A DNA stretch of 64,000 nucleotides, taken from contig CM060733.1 of the NCBI GenBank assembly GCA_030704615.1, positions 67,270,001 through 67,334,000 of the forward strand. Direction: 5' to 3'. The position numbers were made by a program, and so were the translations under genes. Under the pieces are notes generated by a model that saw only the letters and a program-made list of their open reading frames with translations, was not told the DNA's origin and made no database searches. This DNA is from Takakia lepidozioides (lineage: Eukaryota; Plantae; Bryophyta). Positions 51,035 to 64,000 of this stretch are shown piece by piece (position 1 is the first letter of the stretch; every line of letters begins with the position of its first letter).

Positions 51035-54000
51035 ATGACGAGGCGTCGTTTGTTGGAGAACACAGGGCCAAGGCAGCAGGTGAACGCGGAGACTGATTCA
51101 CAAGAGCAGACCGAGACTGAGGCAGCGGCTGTGACACAGTCGGCGATAACAGTGCGCGTTGGAAACCAGCCTGTGGATGCAGAGATGACTCGCAGGGAAA
51201 CTGAAGGAAGTGGAAGTACGAGGAACGCTGAACCGGGAGAAGGTCCAGAAACCCTAGAGCAGACAGAAATTCCAGCAGATGTGAGAGGGAAGAGGAAAGC
51301 TGCAGAAGGGGATCCAATTTCAAAACCTAAGAAGGCGCCAGTAAGTTTTCTCTAACTTACATTTCATTGTTGAAGATCTGCGTAGAGATTGAGTGGAATG
51401 TCCCAGAAAGGGATTGTCGCTACCGACCATCACCATGAAACAACGGTGATTTGCTTTCTACTCCTTTGTTAAGGGTTTACCGCACAATGAGTGGGTGACT
51501 GACGGTACTGTCATTCACTGTTGTTCAGATCATACAGTCTGTCTGATTGCCTTTCAAGCAGTCCTTCCTCTTCCCTTCTTTAGCAGGAACATGTGATTGA
51601 AGTCTACTGAATTGCAAGCGTCGTTAACGCCATTCGATTCTCCTCATGAGATTTATGTACCTATGTGTTTGAAGAGAGAGTGAGGGTCGGCATATTCAGT
51701 GTTTTGCAATTCATTTTCTTTGTTTGAGATTGAACATATAGAGAAGTGGAAAGGCGGTACCGCCAATCAAAGATTTGAAGACCATACTGTAGATTCAGGT
51801 AGAGTATCGATTGGAAAGTACTCTCGACATAGACAAGAAACAGTGAATGCTTGCGACGTTTATCACAATGGAGTCAATCTGAATAATCTGCACTTACTGT
51901 CCGCCCTAAACTATACTGAATGTCGTTGCCGCCAATCACTTACACATATATGTCATTGCACAACACCGATCCGGCAGGTCCTTGTCTTTTGTGATTGTCG
52001 TTAATGCCGTTCGCTCTTGCTCAAAACCTTTCTGTTCCTGTGTCCCTAGAATCATAGTGTTTTGTTTTGAATTCGGCAGGATCAGCTTTGCTTGTGTAGA
52101 TGGTTCTGAATTTGTTTCACACCATTCATTGTGAGTTTCGACGAGACAGAGTGATGGTCGTTACCGCCGTTCACTATTTGCACATTACTCAGTCAGATTT
52201 GAATGGCATCGTGTAGAAAACTGTGAGGTCCAAGCCTACAAGATCAGAGGGGAAAGGATCTGGAGATGGGGACGAGTCTGGAAAAAGCTCAGAGAATAAC
52301 AATGAAGCAGATGAATCTGAAGTGCACTACCTTGACAAGGTGAAAGAACTCATGTCATTCCAGAAGGTAAACTCTCAGGAGGTTATAAGGGACATGCTCG
52401 TATCTGGAGGGCGTCTGGACATCCCTCTGTGCCGGATGATATCTATGCCTGTTGTGCGTCCATCTCTTTCCCATGACATAACAAAATTGGAGAGTGATTT
52501 TGTGCATGGATACAGACTTGGTGCACAAGTTTTTTATGTGACACTGACGGATATAAATGGGAAAAGCACATTAGTGTCTCCAGAGATCAGTGATACCTGG
52601 GATGAGTGCTAGAAAGATGCTAATGAGGAGTTCGAGCTGGGCCTCATGATGGGAAAGAACACCTAGCAATTCTGCAACCACATGTTCTACGTCTGGGACG
52701 GCAACCACCGATTGCTGGCATGGATGGGATACATTCAGAAACATCATGCGAAAGACAAAGACAAGCATGTTGCTGTGGAGGCAATGGTTTTGGATCCAGG
52801 AAACGACATCGCTAGGCTTCTTACAGCTATGCACGACGTGAACAAGTAAGTCATCCTAGAGACTTCATTCCCTCTGTAGTGTTTTGTTAATCCCAAAAAA
52901 ACAGTGTTAAGGAATGCAATGTTTCCAATGTTTTTGCAGATCGACAGAGAAATCGCATGTGACAACAAGCTTGGTCCACACACTATTCCGAATTCAGAGG
53001 ATTGGTCTGATGAAGCTGGATGATTTTCGGACAGTACTCCCCCCCAATATAATCAAGAAGTGCGAAACAAGAAGAGCTGCAGGCACTTGGTATTCTTTGA
53101 CTCGAGAGGCGTTTCTGGAGTACATGTATGCGGTAAGCCCGAGTCTGTACTCAGTTTACTTTTTGAATACATGTTTGTAGTCCCTTCGGTGCTAATCACT
53201 ATTTGAATCAATGCAGCAAGAACTGGCAGAGGCAGCTGAGAAGGGAAATCCGAATATTACCGCACTACACCAGAGGAACTAAGGACATCAAAGGGTGTGG
53301 AAGCAGCAATAAAAAAAGAGTTTGAAATGCGAAGAACCAAATTGATGTCCGCCTTCGGAAAGCAGCTTAGAATAGTAGATTCTGGACTTGGTTCTGAGTT
53401 CCTTCAGCAGATCAAATCTCACTATGACAAGCATGTGCATCCGGAGATGCAGCAGGAGAAATTGCACCGGCTGGCCATATCCATGGTCGACCCACAAACA
53501 AAAATAAGGTGGCTGGAGATATGGAACTCAGATCAGACAGTAAAGGACTTGAATCAGTTCCCAAAGAGCACCATACAGCCTGACACAAAGGTGGAAGGAA
53601 TCAGTGATTTGGTGTTTGATAACTGGCTCCACAAGGCTACATTTTGGAGTCAGGTGTGTATTCAAATAAGCTGTTTTCTTTTCTTCAATTATGTGATGAG
53701 TATCTTATTTGCAATACTGACAAATATACAATTTGCAGCTCGAAAAGCGCGCCGTCATTGTGCTGGATCAGACTTTGAAGGACTTGAACATTTCAATTGT
53801 TTCCCCTCCCCAAATGTCATTGGAGGCATACATAAGGAAGTGGAGAGGTCTCACCTGGAGATACTGTTTTTTCCGGGAGTTCTCCAAAGATGGTAACATT
53901 TTACGGTCCAACGACTTTGACAGTCAGGTTGGAGGAGAGTGGGCCATGATGCGAGTTGTGTACAGGTGCAATATCATACTGGAAACTCTATTGCACTTTT

Positions 54001-57000
54001 GGGAAATAATTTGGCTTCATAAGGATTGTAATCATAGATCCAAATTGAATGTCGTTGACGACATTCACTTCTTTGTCTGAGTCATTCTTAAGCGAGAATT
54101 TGAATTCACCTGGATTAGGAGCTTAGGGTGAAATTATAGTGTCCGTGATTAGAATTGATAATGTCCCTGAATGGCGTTGACGACATTCACATCCAGAGTT
54201 GTTAAGAGGTCCTCAGAGTTATGTAAGTTTTTGTAATGTCCATAGAGTTTACAGTGAGGGTTCCTCACTCTAGTTTGCTGAATGTCAATGCAGACATTCA
54301 GTTGTTCTGCAATGCTTTTGCCTCTTGCGAGAAATCTTGAGGCTTGATTAGCTGTGTTATCAGAGATCCAAAGTGAATGTCGTTGACGACATTCACTTCT
54401 ATGTCTGTGTCATTCACCAGCGACAATTTGAATTTACATGGATTAGGAGCTTAGGGTATATTTATTGGTTCCTTGTTCGGAATTTTGTGAATGGCGTTGA
54501 CGCCATTCATATCCAGTGTTATTATGAGGTCCTCAGTGTTATGTTCGTTATGAATGTCCATTGAGTTTTTAGGGAGGGTTCCTTACTCGAGTTTCTGAAT
54601 GTCGTTGCCGACATTCAGTTTCCATCCAATGATTTTGCCTCTTTTGAGAAATCAATAGGCTTGATTAGCAGTGTATTCACAAATCCAAAGTGAATGCCGT
54701 TGACGACATTCACTTCTATGTCTGTGTCATTCCAAAGCGAGAGTTTGCATTCACGTGGATTAGGGTGTATTTGCAGTATCATTGAATGGAATTTTTTGAA
54801 TGGCGTTGACAACATTCACATCCGGAGCTGTCGCGTGGTCCTGAAAGGTCCTTGGAGCAGTTCTCAGAGCCATTTCATTCCATGTTTTTTTCATTCTATG
54901 CTACTTGCATCTTACTCACTTCGCGCTTTGGTGGGTTGGGATTTATCTCCTGTTTAACAGGTACATGAAATATGTGCTTATGGAAGGAAATCACCTGAGC
55001 GGTATTCCAGACTATCTTGACATGTGGTCGGACCCTGCAAACGATCCAACCATGTATACTGCAGGGATATTGAAGGACTGGAGTCCTTCTCACTTCAGAG
55101 ACTGTGGCTGGTACCTTGATTGCCCACCGGAGCACACAACCTTTCAAGAACAGCACATGAAATATTTGAACAATAATGCTGAGATGCTGGCGCCTCTGAC
55201 TGACGAGCAGTACCAAAGAAACATAGCAACATTGGCTGCCAAGGAGCCTGATGCTCAGGGAACGCCGTAGAAGAGAAAGAAGGCGGGCCGCAAACCAAAA
55301 GACAAGGCTCTTGATGTCATAGCCATCTCACCAACAAAGCCAAAGGACAAAGACAAGTCCAAAGAGAAGGAAAATGACAAGGGGAAGGAGAAAGAAAAGG
55401 AGATGGAGAGTGGGCAGGACTTCACTGCTGGAAGATATACCCGCACAGTTCAGTGCGTGTTCGATGCCAAGCCACACCCTTCCCGTTCTAATTCGGCAGG
55501 AGAGATTAAAATTGTCAATGAGGGTTGGCTGGCGATGATGCAGAGTCGAAAGAGAGGATACACTGGGGTGCCTTCGCCTACATGGGACAACATAATCTCA
55601 TTCCTCAATCTGGTGAGAATTCCAGTTTCTTTCCTTTTTCTCTGAAAGTTTCATTGGCAGTATTTCAGTCTGGTTCTTTGAAAACATTCTTGCCATCGTT
55701 CTTAAAATAAACATGTCTGTTGCAGGTGAGCACAGGTCCCACCTTTGTGTGCGGTGTACAGAAAACATATGCAGCTGACATTGTCATTCTCGACATCCCG
55801 GATGGCCAGGCTGTGCCAGAAGTTCTTCCAAAGGACAAGACGCCAGGCTGGAACAAATTCGAGGACAACTATTGGAGTTGGGTGTTCGGGTTCTGTAATA
55901 ATTTCCTCTCTGATGCAGGGACACTTCTGCTTTTTCAGTCATGTGACAAAGATAGTCGTCGGGCATTGACATCATACCTGAAGTCTTCAGGGTTTGAAGT
56001 TTTGCGCACATGGAATTGTGTGAACAGCCTCTACCTTGTGAAAGGGGGTTTCCCTGGTCAGCTGGTATGCCGTCTCCCTTCTGCTTGTGCTTTCATGATG
56101 AGTTTCAATGTTCTCTACAGCTCCACTCTAGAAGAATCTATCATGATCGACACCGATCATCACCGATTCGTGATAAAATTGATTGTTTTATGCCTGAGTT
56201 CTGAATAGCTGATGTACACACTTCCACTATAGATTGTGTTTACCACACTGACCTGCTATCTTTGGCAGACGAGGATGTTTGAGGCGATCTGTCTATGGAG
56301 GATTCGCACCTCAAAGACACCATCCTCTATTCGCAGCTTTGAGATTTCTGACCAGGGTTGTTTCGTCAACCCCCCTTATGAGCCGCATGTCGATGACATT
56401 TTGTACAACTTCATGCAGTCCAGTCAGACTCTGAAGAGACCAGATGACACTCCCTGGAGAGGTGCAAAGGAAAAATCCCCAGCGTTCATGCAAATACTGC
56501 TGGAGTCATGCAGCCACCACTCTGCACGGGTGGTCGATCTTTCTGTGTCCACAGGTTCGTTCTCTCCCTTCCGAATTGATTTTCTTTCACCAGTTCCATC
56601 TGCTTAAATCCCCCCCACTGTTCATGTCCTCCTATCTGATGCAGGAGCAACTTACCATGCATGCAAGGCAGGCGGAAGAAGCCTTTTTGGCATGGAGGGT
56701 GATTCTAACCTCTACAACACAGTGCTCTTCTCCCTTTTGTCTGGCTCCACTTCAGGCACACAGACTGATCGGATTCAAATTCGAAATGATGACGATCCCG
56801 AAGATAAGCAGGTCAACAACGACTTTTCATGTGAGTAAGTGCTAAACCCACTTTGGGAGTTATACTCAATTTCTCAATAACATCAAAGTTACAGTAATAA
56901 CTTTTTCAGGCTGTCTTTCAGGAAAGGCAGCGGTGGATCTTCAGGAGATACAGTCATTTGTGGCGAGTCTGTTTTCGACAGCCCCCTTTCCAATTTTCTG

Positions 57001-57183
57001 CTTCCTGATTATGCCGAAGCAGTGGCACTTCACGCGGCCGAGTCCCTATCCCCTGAATTTTTACTGCCCGGCCGTAGGTGTAGCCAGCGTAGATCCGGAG
57101 TTCTTAAATACTTAGACTTAGATGCAGAGGAAGCGGGGATACATTGTACTGACTCTGAGTCAGACTCAACTATGTTCTTTTAA
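51035..57183 (+). pseudogene. family D ParB-like + amino-methyltransferase-like multi-exon gene with in-frame stops
   Basis: LDIPLCRM..GYRLG, FYVWDGNHRLLAW (52697-52711), ADIVILDIPDG (55792-55803), EKSPAFMQILLE..VVDLSVSTG|ATYHACKAGGRSLFGMEGD; stops near 52610, 52665, 53280, 55268. Confidence 0.8.
54046..54818. repeat. 8 family-D palindromes TGAATG(T/G)CGT-TG-ACGACATTCA in a ~320-bp higher-order repeat inside intron 53966-54960
   Basis: units start at 54046, 54168, 54279, 54374, 54488, 54596, 54691, 54797. Confidence 0.9.
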
Positions 57184-57297
57184 TATTCTGTTTCATGCTC
57201 TTTGGAAAACGTTGAATCCCCTTCCTCCACCGTAGTTGTTCCTTTGGAAAAAAAAATAATCAAAGAATCAACTACCATTTAAATTGCAATATGTATG

Positions 57298-57655
57298 AAT
57301 CCATCTCACAAACCTCCCTCACTCTTGTCATATCCATTGTGCTTTCATCTACAGTGTATTCATGCGTGCTCCATTCATGAATGTTTTCCTTTGTTCAACA
57401 TCCATTGTACATTCATCCTCTGTACTCTTTAATCCACCCCACAAACCTACCACACTCATGTCATATACGTTGTGCATTCGTCTAAAGTTTTAGTCATGCA
57501 TCTTCCTGTCATGAATGTTTTTCATTGCTCAACATCCATTATACATTCATCCATTTGACTCTTATCCATCCCTCATTCATCCATCTACATTCAATTTTCA
57601 CACTCATCCATCTGTTTATCATCCAACTGTACATTCATCCATCCTTTATTCATCT
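57298..57655. repeat. ~134-bp tandem duplication and (CATT/CATC)-rich low-complexity tract in D
   Basis: AATCCA..CACAAACCT at 57298 and 57432; cattcatcc repeats. Confidence 0.7.
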
Positions 57656-57891
57656 GTTGCTTTCAGATGGGAATGACCACTGCCTTTTATTATGTTGTCC
57701 AGCTTGTTTCCGCGGTAAAGGGTGCCAATACGCGGGAATACACTCCACTTCTTCCTGGGCGCGTGGTGACGCGGTCTTCAAGTGTGATGACGTGGAGTGA
57801 GCCCCATGATGTGGCATTGGCGCAAGGTGACGTGGCGTGAGCGCAGTTGCGCTCACGCGCTCACGTGACCAGGCTCACGCCGAGGCATCCC

Positions 57892-59206
57892 TAAACTACA
57901 CTCTGTGAGAGTGGGGAGGTTACTTCATCTTCTGCGGAGATAGTGGGAGGTATAGTGATGGAGGGATCCTCGGATGTGAGGGTCAAGACTATCACGGCGG
58001 CGCCAAGGCAAGCTGCAACTACCAGGTTGGCAGAGCTGCCAGCTAGGCCAGCCATTGAGCGCGCCATGGTGACACCTGGAGTTGTCTTGTTAGACAATCA
58101 GGATGACATTTTCTGTTTGAGTGGACCGGCAGGCAAGACGTACTGGCCACTGCGGGTCTTGTTGGATTCGGGAGCTCAGCCATTGATGCTGGGCATAGCT
58201 GTTATTGCAGGCTTGGGCCTCACGGAGGCGGACATGGAGCCTTGTCCTTTCCAGATACAGACATCTCTGGGAGGATCGGAGCAGGCTCGGGGCATGACAC
58301 GGCGTGAGTTGGCTTTCAGACTATAGCCGGATCATCCTACAGACGGCTCAGTGATGAGAGCCAAGGCCATTGTGACAGACGCGGTCTCATACGATGTCCT
58401 GGTTGGTGGGGCAGTGTTGTATCCCATGGGCTTCACCCTGGATTTTTGGGAGGAGTCAACTTCCTATAGGCCTGGATCGCAGTCAGGGGAGGACCGGCGT
58501 GTGCAACTCCTTGTGACGTTCATAGGAGGATTTGCGGTTGCCCAGCGAGGCAAGATGCTGACACTAGCAGCATTCACAGCTGCAGTGAGCTGGCCTGGAG
58601 AGTTGTTAGAGGGCAACGTTCATTCAGAGGATGTGTCACCTCCAGCAGAGTAGGATGACATGTATGGTATGGCGGAGTTGTCTGCCATGGTTGCTCAGAC
58701 TCCATTGTGGGGCACGAGCAAGGATTTGCAGCGGGTTGCTGATCGATGGGTGCAATAAGCATGGGTAGAGGCCTTTGTACCGTCAAGAGAGGAGGAGAGT
58801 GCGGGGATTGCACCAGGACCACCTCAGTTGTCACCATTGGACACCACACCTATTGTGTGGCAGTATCCGGATGAAGGCATTTGCCTTCTGGACTTGTTTG
58901 GCGGGATCAGCACCGGATTGGGTGCTGTTCTACAGGCAGGTGTACGGGTTTAGAGATACCTGTATGTGGAGAGGGATGAGACTTCACGACGCGTCTCAGT
59001 GCGCCATGTTGCTCAGTTGGTGCAGTAGTACCCTGAGTTGTTGCCGGTGTCTACGGTTCGTGGATATCAGCAGGCCTTGCCATCAGACATTTCTTTGCTG
59101 GGGGTGCAGGATTTGGAGCGGGTTGGCTCCATTCATTTGGTAGTGGCAGGTTGGCCCTGCCAAGGGCATTTATCAGCCGGGCATGGCAATGGATTGCGAG
59201 ACTCGA
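57892..59206 (+). pseudogene. LTR-retrotransposon polyprotein remnant: aspartic protease followed in frame by a C5-cytosine DNA methyltransferase (motifs I-IV)
   Basis: VLLDSGAQ, YDVLVG; same frame from 58861: ICLLDLFGGISTG (I), YVERD (II), LVVAGWPCQG (IV); several stops; truncated. Confidence 0.8.
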
Positions 59207-60045
59207 ACCTGTGGAGTGACTGTCATGACAACGAGTCTTGGATAGATCTGATGGAATGGGTGGAGGAAGAGTGTACGTTGCTTGCTCAAACTAGACAGAA
59301 TCTAGATCAAGATGCACACCTAGATCAAGACATACTTGGGGAGTTTGGGCATGATGTTGCCAAATCACCTCGGGGAGGTCACTCCCTATCTAGTTTCCCA
59401 GGCACGTGATGCAAACAGGCATTTTCTATGGGGGTATTAATTTTATTTTCTGAATTTTTGGCCACCCTATTATTACATAATTTTGTAATATGGCATATTT
59501 TCTTGCAAGCTATATTATTTATATTTTATAGCAGGTAAAAAATATTAGACGTCCTATATTAACTTGAAAATAAAATAAAATAAATTTACGGGGTAATAAT
59601 TTATTTTTTTGCTGGAAACAAATTCATCCAAAGTAGATGCATCAGCATCATTTAAAGTATAAAGGTTCTAAGCAAAATAAAATCTCATAGTAACTGAACT
59701 AATAATTGAATCTATGTCTATCCACTTGCTGTCAGTTATATCATATTTGAATTTCAAATGCCCTCAAGAGAGAGGGAAGCCTAGGGTTGCTGTGCACATG
59801 TGCCTACGCCCTCTCCGCTGCGTGTCCCGAACTGCGTGTCACTGAACGACATGTGTCCCTTTTTATCTCCACCCTATATTAGTTTTAACTTTTTTTAACT
59901 ACGTCTTTATTTTGTACCCTATTTTAATTTAAATGTGGTGCCGCCAATATATTAGTACCCTATAGTATCTCTAAATGTATTTTAAATTTTATTTTCTCAA
60001 AATTTTCGGCACCCTATATTTTTTTGGCACGTCAAGTGGTAATAT

Positions 60046-60760
60046 TTGGAAGTGACCTCCCCTTGCAAATCACCAAGGATTAGTGTTTCCCCGAGAGGGA
60101 TGAGTGTGATGGGGAATGAAGATGACAACAGGTCTCAGATATCAGGATGTTCTCACAAAGGCGAGTTGCAACATGGCGGCTGTGGCAACAGTGAGCTTGA
60201 CTTTATCCTCACACATGTAAAGAGAGGGTATTTGGACACAAGGATGCAAGGGTCACCCAGGAACCTAAAAAGTAGCTCAACTCATATGCTGCTGGAGCTT
60301 GGAGAAGCATCTCTGGCTACGGGAGAGGAACTCAATGAGCTGCATACCAGACTTGCGGCTGCACAGGAGGAGGCACAGAATGCTGTACACGACCTTCAGG
60401 TGAAAGTGCGGGAGCTTGGGGAGCTGAGAGAAGTTGCATCTCGATTAAGAACAGACTTGGTGGAGGAGGACTTAAAGGTGAAATATGCACGAGATGACGT
60501 TGTAGCTGCCCTAGCCCTATGGAGAGAAACTGACGTCCATGTGGAGAACCTGGTCATGGAAAAATCAACATTTACGGTTGGCCCTCGAGAAAGCTGACCG
60601 AGAGCTGAGTGGGGCCAAAGAAGAGTGCGTGGATGAGCTCCGCGGTGATAACAAGCATCTTCAGGCAGAGCTGCAATGGCTCCAGCTACTTTTGGAGTCG
60701 AGTATGTCATCAGTCAATGACATGTTCATGGGGACACCAGGTACCCTAATTCAGGATTGA
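60046..60760 (+). pseudogene. frameshifted coiled-coil protein fragment, unidentified
   Basis: heptad E/L/A-rich ORFs 60046-60597 and 60539-60760. Confidence 0.35.
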
Positions 60761-61559
60761 CAAATGTTGGGAGAGATGAAGGGAACATGGAGTATCAAGT
60801 GTTGGAGATTGGAGAAGAAATCTGTCTAAGAGGAAAGAGCTTACAGCTCACTCCAGTGATGGAAGAAGTGGTGAAAAGGAGAGGGGCAAGCCTGGAATAT
60901 CGAGACCTGACAACACCTAAGCTTGCACATGATGACATGAAGAGTGGAGAAGTCAGTAGGGCATGCAAAGGGGCAGAAAACCATGTGTGGAAGCCAGGAG
61001 TTTGGACATGCGAAGGCTTGCATTATGTGGAAGAAGGTCACAAAGAGAAGATGCATGACAATGAGGTGGTTCTTCCGGGAACAGATCCGCCAAGAAAAGA
61101 GGGCAAATGGTGTCAAAGGTGGTGGCAAGGCACAAGGAGATCATTCATTGCTGACCGCAGCATACTCAGGTTCACAAGCTGTGTACGGAAGTGTCAAGGA
61201 CGGAGAAAGGGTGTTAAGGCATGGATACGACATGCTATCTTGGTGGTGATTATGTGATGCAGGTACCTGTGGCAAACAGTGAAGAACTGGTTGGAGCAGA
61301 CCATGCTAATGACGATTTTGTGCTGCCAATACATATGGTATATGCAGCTCAGCAATGTGAAGCAAGGTTGTAAAAAAATGGCTGGCCCTGGTGGAAGATG
61401 GAAGCAAACATGGGCAGAGAAGGGACCTGCATACACGCCAAGACACCAGCTCAAGAGGGGAGCAAGTTTGGGGAGCTGCCTTTGGCGTGTAATTTCTGTG
61501 GACATACCTAAAGGAGTCAGGGATATACCAGCAAAGGTAATTCAATATAGAAGCGATGA

Positions 61560-62035
61560 GCTGTCTACAGATTTTGGAAATGAAGGGGTGAAGCCCAACC
61601 AGGTGACATTCCTTAGTGTTTGCAATGCATGTGCAAGCCTGGCAGGCCAAGAAATCCATGTTGATATCATTAAAGCTGGAATTGTGCCAAGAATTATCTT
61701 GGGCACTACCCTTGTTGGCATGTATACCAAGTGTGGGGGTATCAAGAATGCAAAGGGAGTGTTCATCAACACGGCTGAACGAGATGTGATGTCATCAAAT
61801 GTGGTGATTGCAAGAAATGCCAACATGGTTGTGAAATTCAGGCTCTGGAGATGGATGGGCAGTTGATGTGGGAGGCTATGAAGCCCGCCCATGTCAGGAT
61901 CACTTCCATTTGCAAGGCGTACACCAGCCCTGAATCTCTTAAAGAGGGAAGGCAGGTCTATGATAACATCAAGAGGGCTGGAATTTTACCAAATGACAAT
62001 ATGAGCAACACCGCCATTGACATGTATGCCAGGGT
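61560..62035 (+). pseudogene. PLS-class PPR gene fragment
   Basis: EGVKPNQVTFLSVCNACAS, IHVDIIKAG, TLVGMYTKCG, ERDVMS, NTAIDMYA; frameshift. Confidence 0.85.
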
Positions 62036-64000
62036 GGTACCCTTCAGGGTATTTGCAGGATTGGATGTCTCAGTTTTTGTGTAACATGGCAGTTTCTGTA
62101 GTGACCTCCCTCCATGGTTTTACCCATATTTGTCGAACAACTCAATATTTCATCTAAATTTATATGGTATAGGGTTTCTAACTACAATAGGTATGTGTAC
62201 CAATTGTTAGATTGCAAAAACAATCATGTACCGGAGAGCCATGGACTTTTAAAGTTGAATACTGTGGAGTGCAGATGTTACACATAAAATCTTATGGACT
62301 GAAAAAACATCATGTACACTCATACACTGGCACAAAGGAAAACACACTAGGGGTGCCATTTTTAAATCCAACCCAAATCCACTTTTATATGGACTAGTTA
62401 TCTTAGGAATTGAGAGCTATGGACTATTTTGCACATAAAAATAGGTTGATTTGCTCTAGTCCATAGCATCTTATGTTTTGGGTTTTTGAGGTGTCGTCTT
62501 TTACTAAAAAGACATACAAACCTATAATCTAGAGGTACCAGGTGGTATATGGACAAGTGGTTGTAAACTCTAGATTTTGACGTCTAAATGTTTTTTCAAA
62601 TTAAAGATTAAAATATCTAGTAAAGAATGTTTTCAATATTTGAGGAGAGACACTTTACTAAAAATGTTATGTATGCTACTATCTATCTTTAAAAAATAAA
62701 TTGAAAGCAATAGACTCAACAAAAAAATAAAAATCCATCATGTGCCACTTTTGATCCACCCAATCCTGCAACTGCCTTTCAATATTGTGGAAGGATTCCA
62801 TGGGAGTTTAAGTGTCACCAATGTTTGCAATGAGAGCCCACCGGTGGGCAGCCATCAGTAGACTGTGGACACAAGGTTTTGCAGCACCAGGTGTCAAAGT
62901 AACCTGCCACCCATCAGTATTGTTCAAACCAGCGAAGTGAGGCCAGTGTTGCCAACAGAGGTAATTCAGAGAAGAAGTGAGCTGTTTGCAGATGCTGGAG
63001 AGGTGAATCCCAACTAAGTGACATTACTGTGCTGCAATATGCGTGCAAGTTTGGTAGCACAGGGGAGCGGCAAGGGAGCCCACATTTTGAAACCTGTGAG
63101 GCATGAACGTGAGAGGCATGGACCTGATATAGGTACCGATAAGGGGAATACATGGCTTGTGGACCATGTAGATGGTGGGAATGGGATCGGATCTATCAGC
63201 GAAGTGGGGCAGAAAAAGGGAACATTGAAGGAGGGCAGGTCAGTGCCCTAGAACTGTGGAAATGAATGGCCTTGATGTTTGGGATGATCTGAAATCAAAT
63301 CATTTGACTCCAACTTTGGGCTGGATGAACGCTAATCTCCAATTTGATTAACGTGAGCAAACTCTCTGGAAAACTGACAGTCACAGATTCTCTACAGCAG
63401 GCAGCTTCTACAACCAGAAGCACGGATCACTTGTCAAAGAGTACAAGATGTATGGTGATCAACATGAAACAAACATGGAAGGGCATGTGTTGAACAAATG
63501 TCAACAAATGAGAGTGATAAGTGATGCTATGAGGAAACAACTCCAAAGGATTTGGAGCAGAAACTGATGGAAGGTCAGACTTTATCTCTTGGGTGTACCT
63601 TATGATCCTGGAAGAGAAGCTGAATGCAGCTACAAGCTTAAGGATGGAGCAGGAAAGGAGTGGGTCAGAAGCAGAAGAGACCCAAAGCTGTTTGTACCAA
63701 GTAAGAGTGGGCAGCCAGTGGACATGGTCAGTGAGGACCCTGACACTTAAAAATGGAGACACACTACATATGTAGTGTGAATGTGACTTGGAGGTATTAT
63801 TATGAGGATGCACTGTCCACATAGCGCTGTTTGTATGTATCCAGGTTGGTGGATGAGATTCATTGAACTCCCTGCAAGCTTTGTCCCAACAATTTATGTA
63901 TCTCTCCACATCCTCCGATGCACCACCTTTGATAGGTCTCCAATACTCCACAAAGACGTGGCGATACTTAGCATTGGACTGGTCACAAACAACCTCTGAA

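Larger units (their letters stand above)
46112..57891 (-). mobile_element. MULE-like DNA transposon family D (11.8 kb), degenerate, same gene layout as family C
   Basis: imperfect TIRs GGAGTGACGTGGCGTGAGCCTG / GGGATGCCTCGGCGTGAGCCTG with CGTGAGC/ACGTGGC subrepeats; transposase and ParB-MTase homologues; no TSD found. Confidence 0.85.

Noticed and set aside
56368-56379. NPPY in family D as the real catalytic motif IV
   Set aside because: Not conserved in C (DPNC at the aligned site) and lies in the variable region; DIPD follows the expected hydrophobic strand in both
59420-60045. AT-rich tract with several ACCCTAT motifs as a MITE
   Set aside because: No clear TIR or TSD could be defined
62200-64000. 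Short ORFs as host gene exons
   Set aside because: No recognisable motifs or consistent exon structure

Overview
Eukaryotic nuclear DNA, probably from a non-seed land plant (PLS-type PPR fragments, plant Ty3/Gypsy lineages, GT-AG introns). No intact host gene is evident; the window is almost entirely transposons. Positions 1-39 kb are a six-layer nest resolvable by target-site duplications and empty-site homology: non-chromovirus Gypsy B2 > chromovirus A2 > MULE C2 > chromovirus A1 (104-32528, TSD CATAC) > non-chromovirus Gypsy B1 (1032-28035, TSD TGGAG) > MULE C1 (10673-25273, 9-bp TSD CTGGGCCCT). Further right are PPR pseudogene pieces, a degenerate chromodomain-bearing LINE, a second divergent MULE family D (46112-57891) and a Gypsy remnant with a C5-cytosine methyltransferase in frame behind its protease. 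Headline: MULE families C and D share one architecture: a GCM-like/DDE/SWIM transposase, a divergently oriented multi-exon gene fusing a ParB/Sulfiredoxin-like domain (DGNHR) to a beta-class amino-methyltransferase fold with an atypical DIPD motif IV, and many copies of a family-specific 22-bp (10+2+10) palindrome in non-coding DNA (in C, a 30-unit array with 53-bp period). This looks like a candidate transposon-encoded, sequence-specific DNA-binding/modifying system. All domain calls are from motif recognition by eye; no searches were run.
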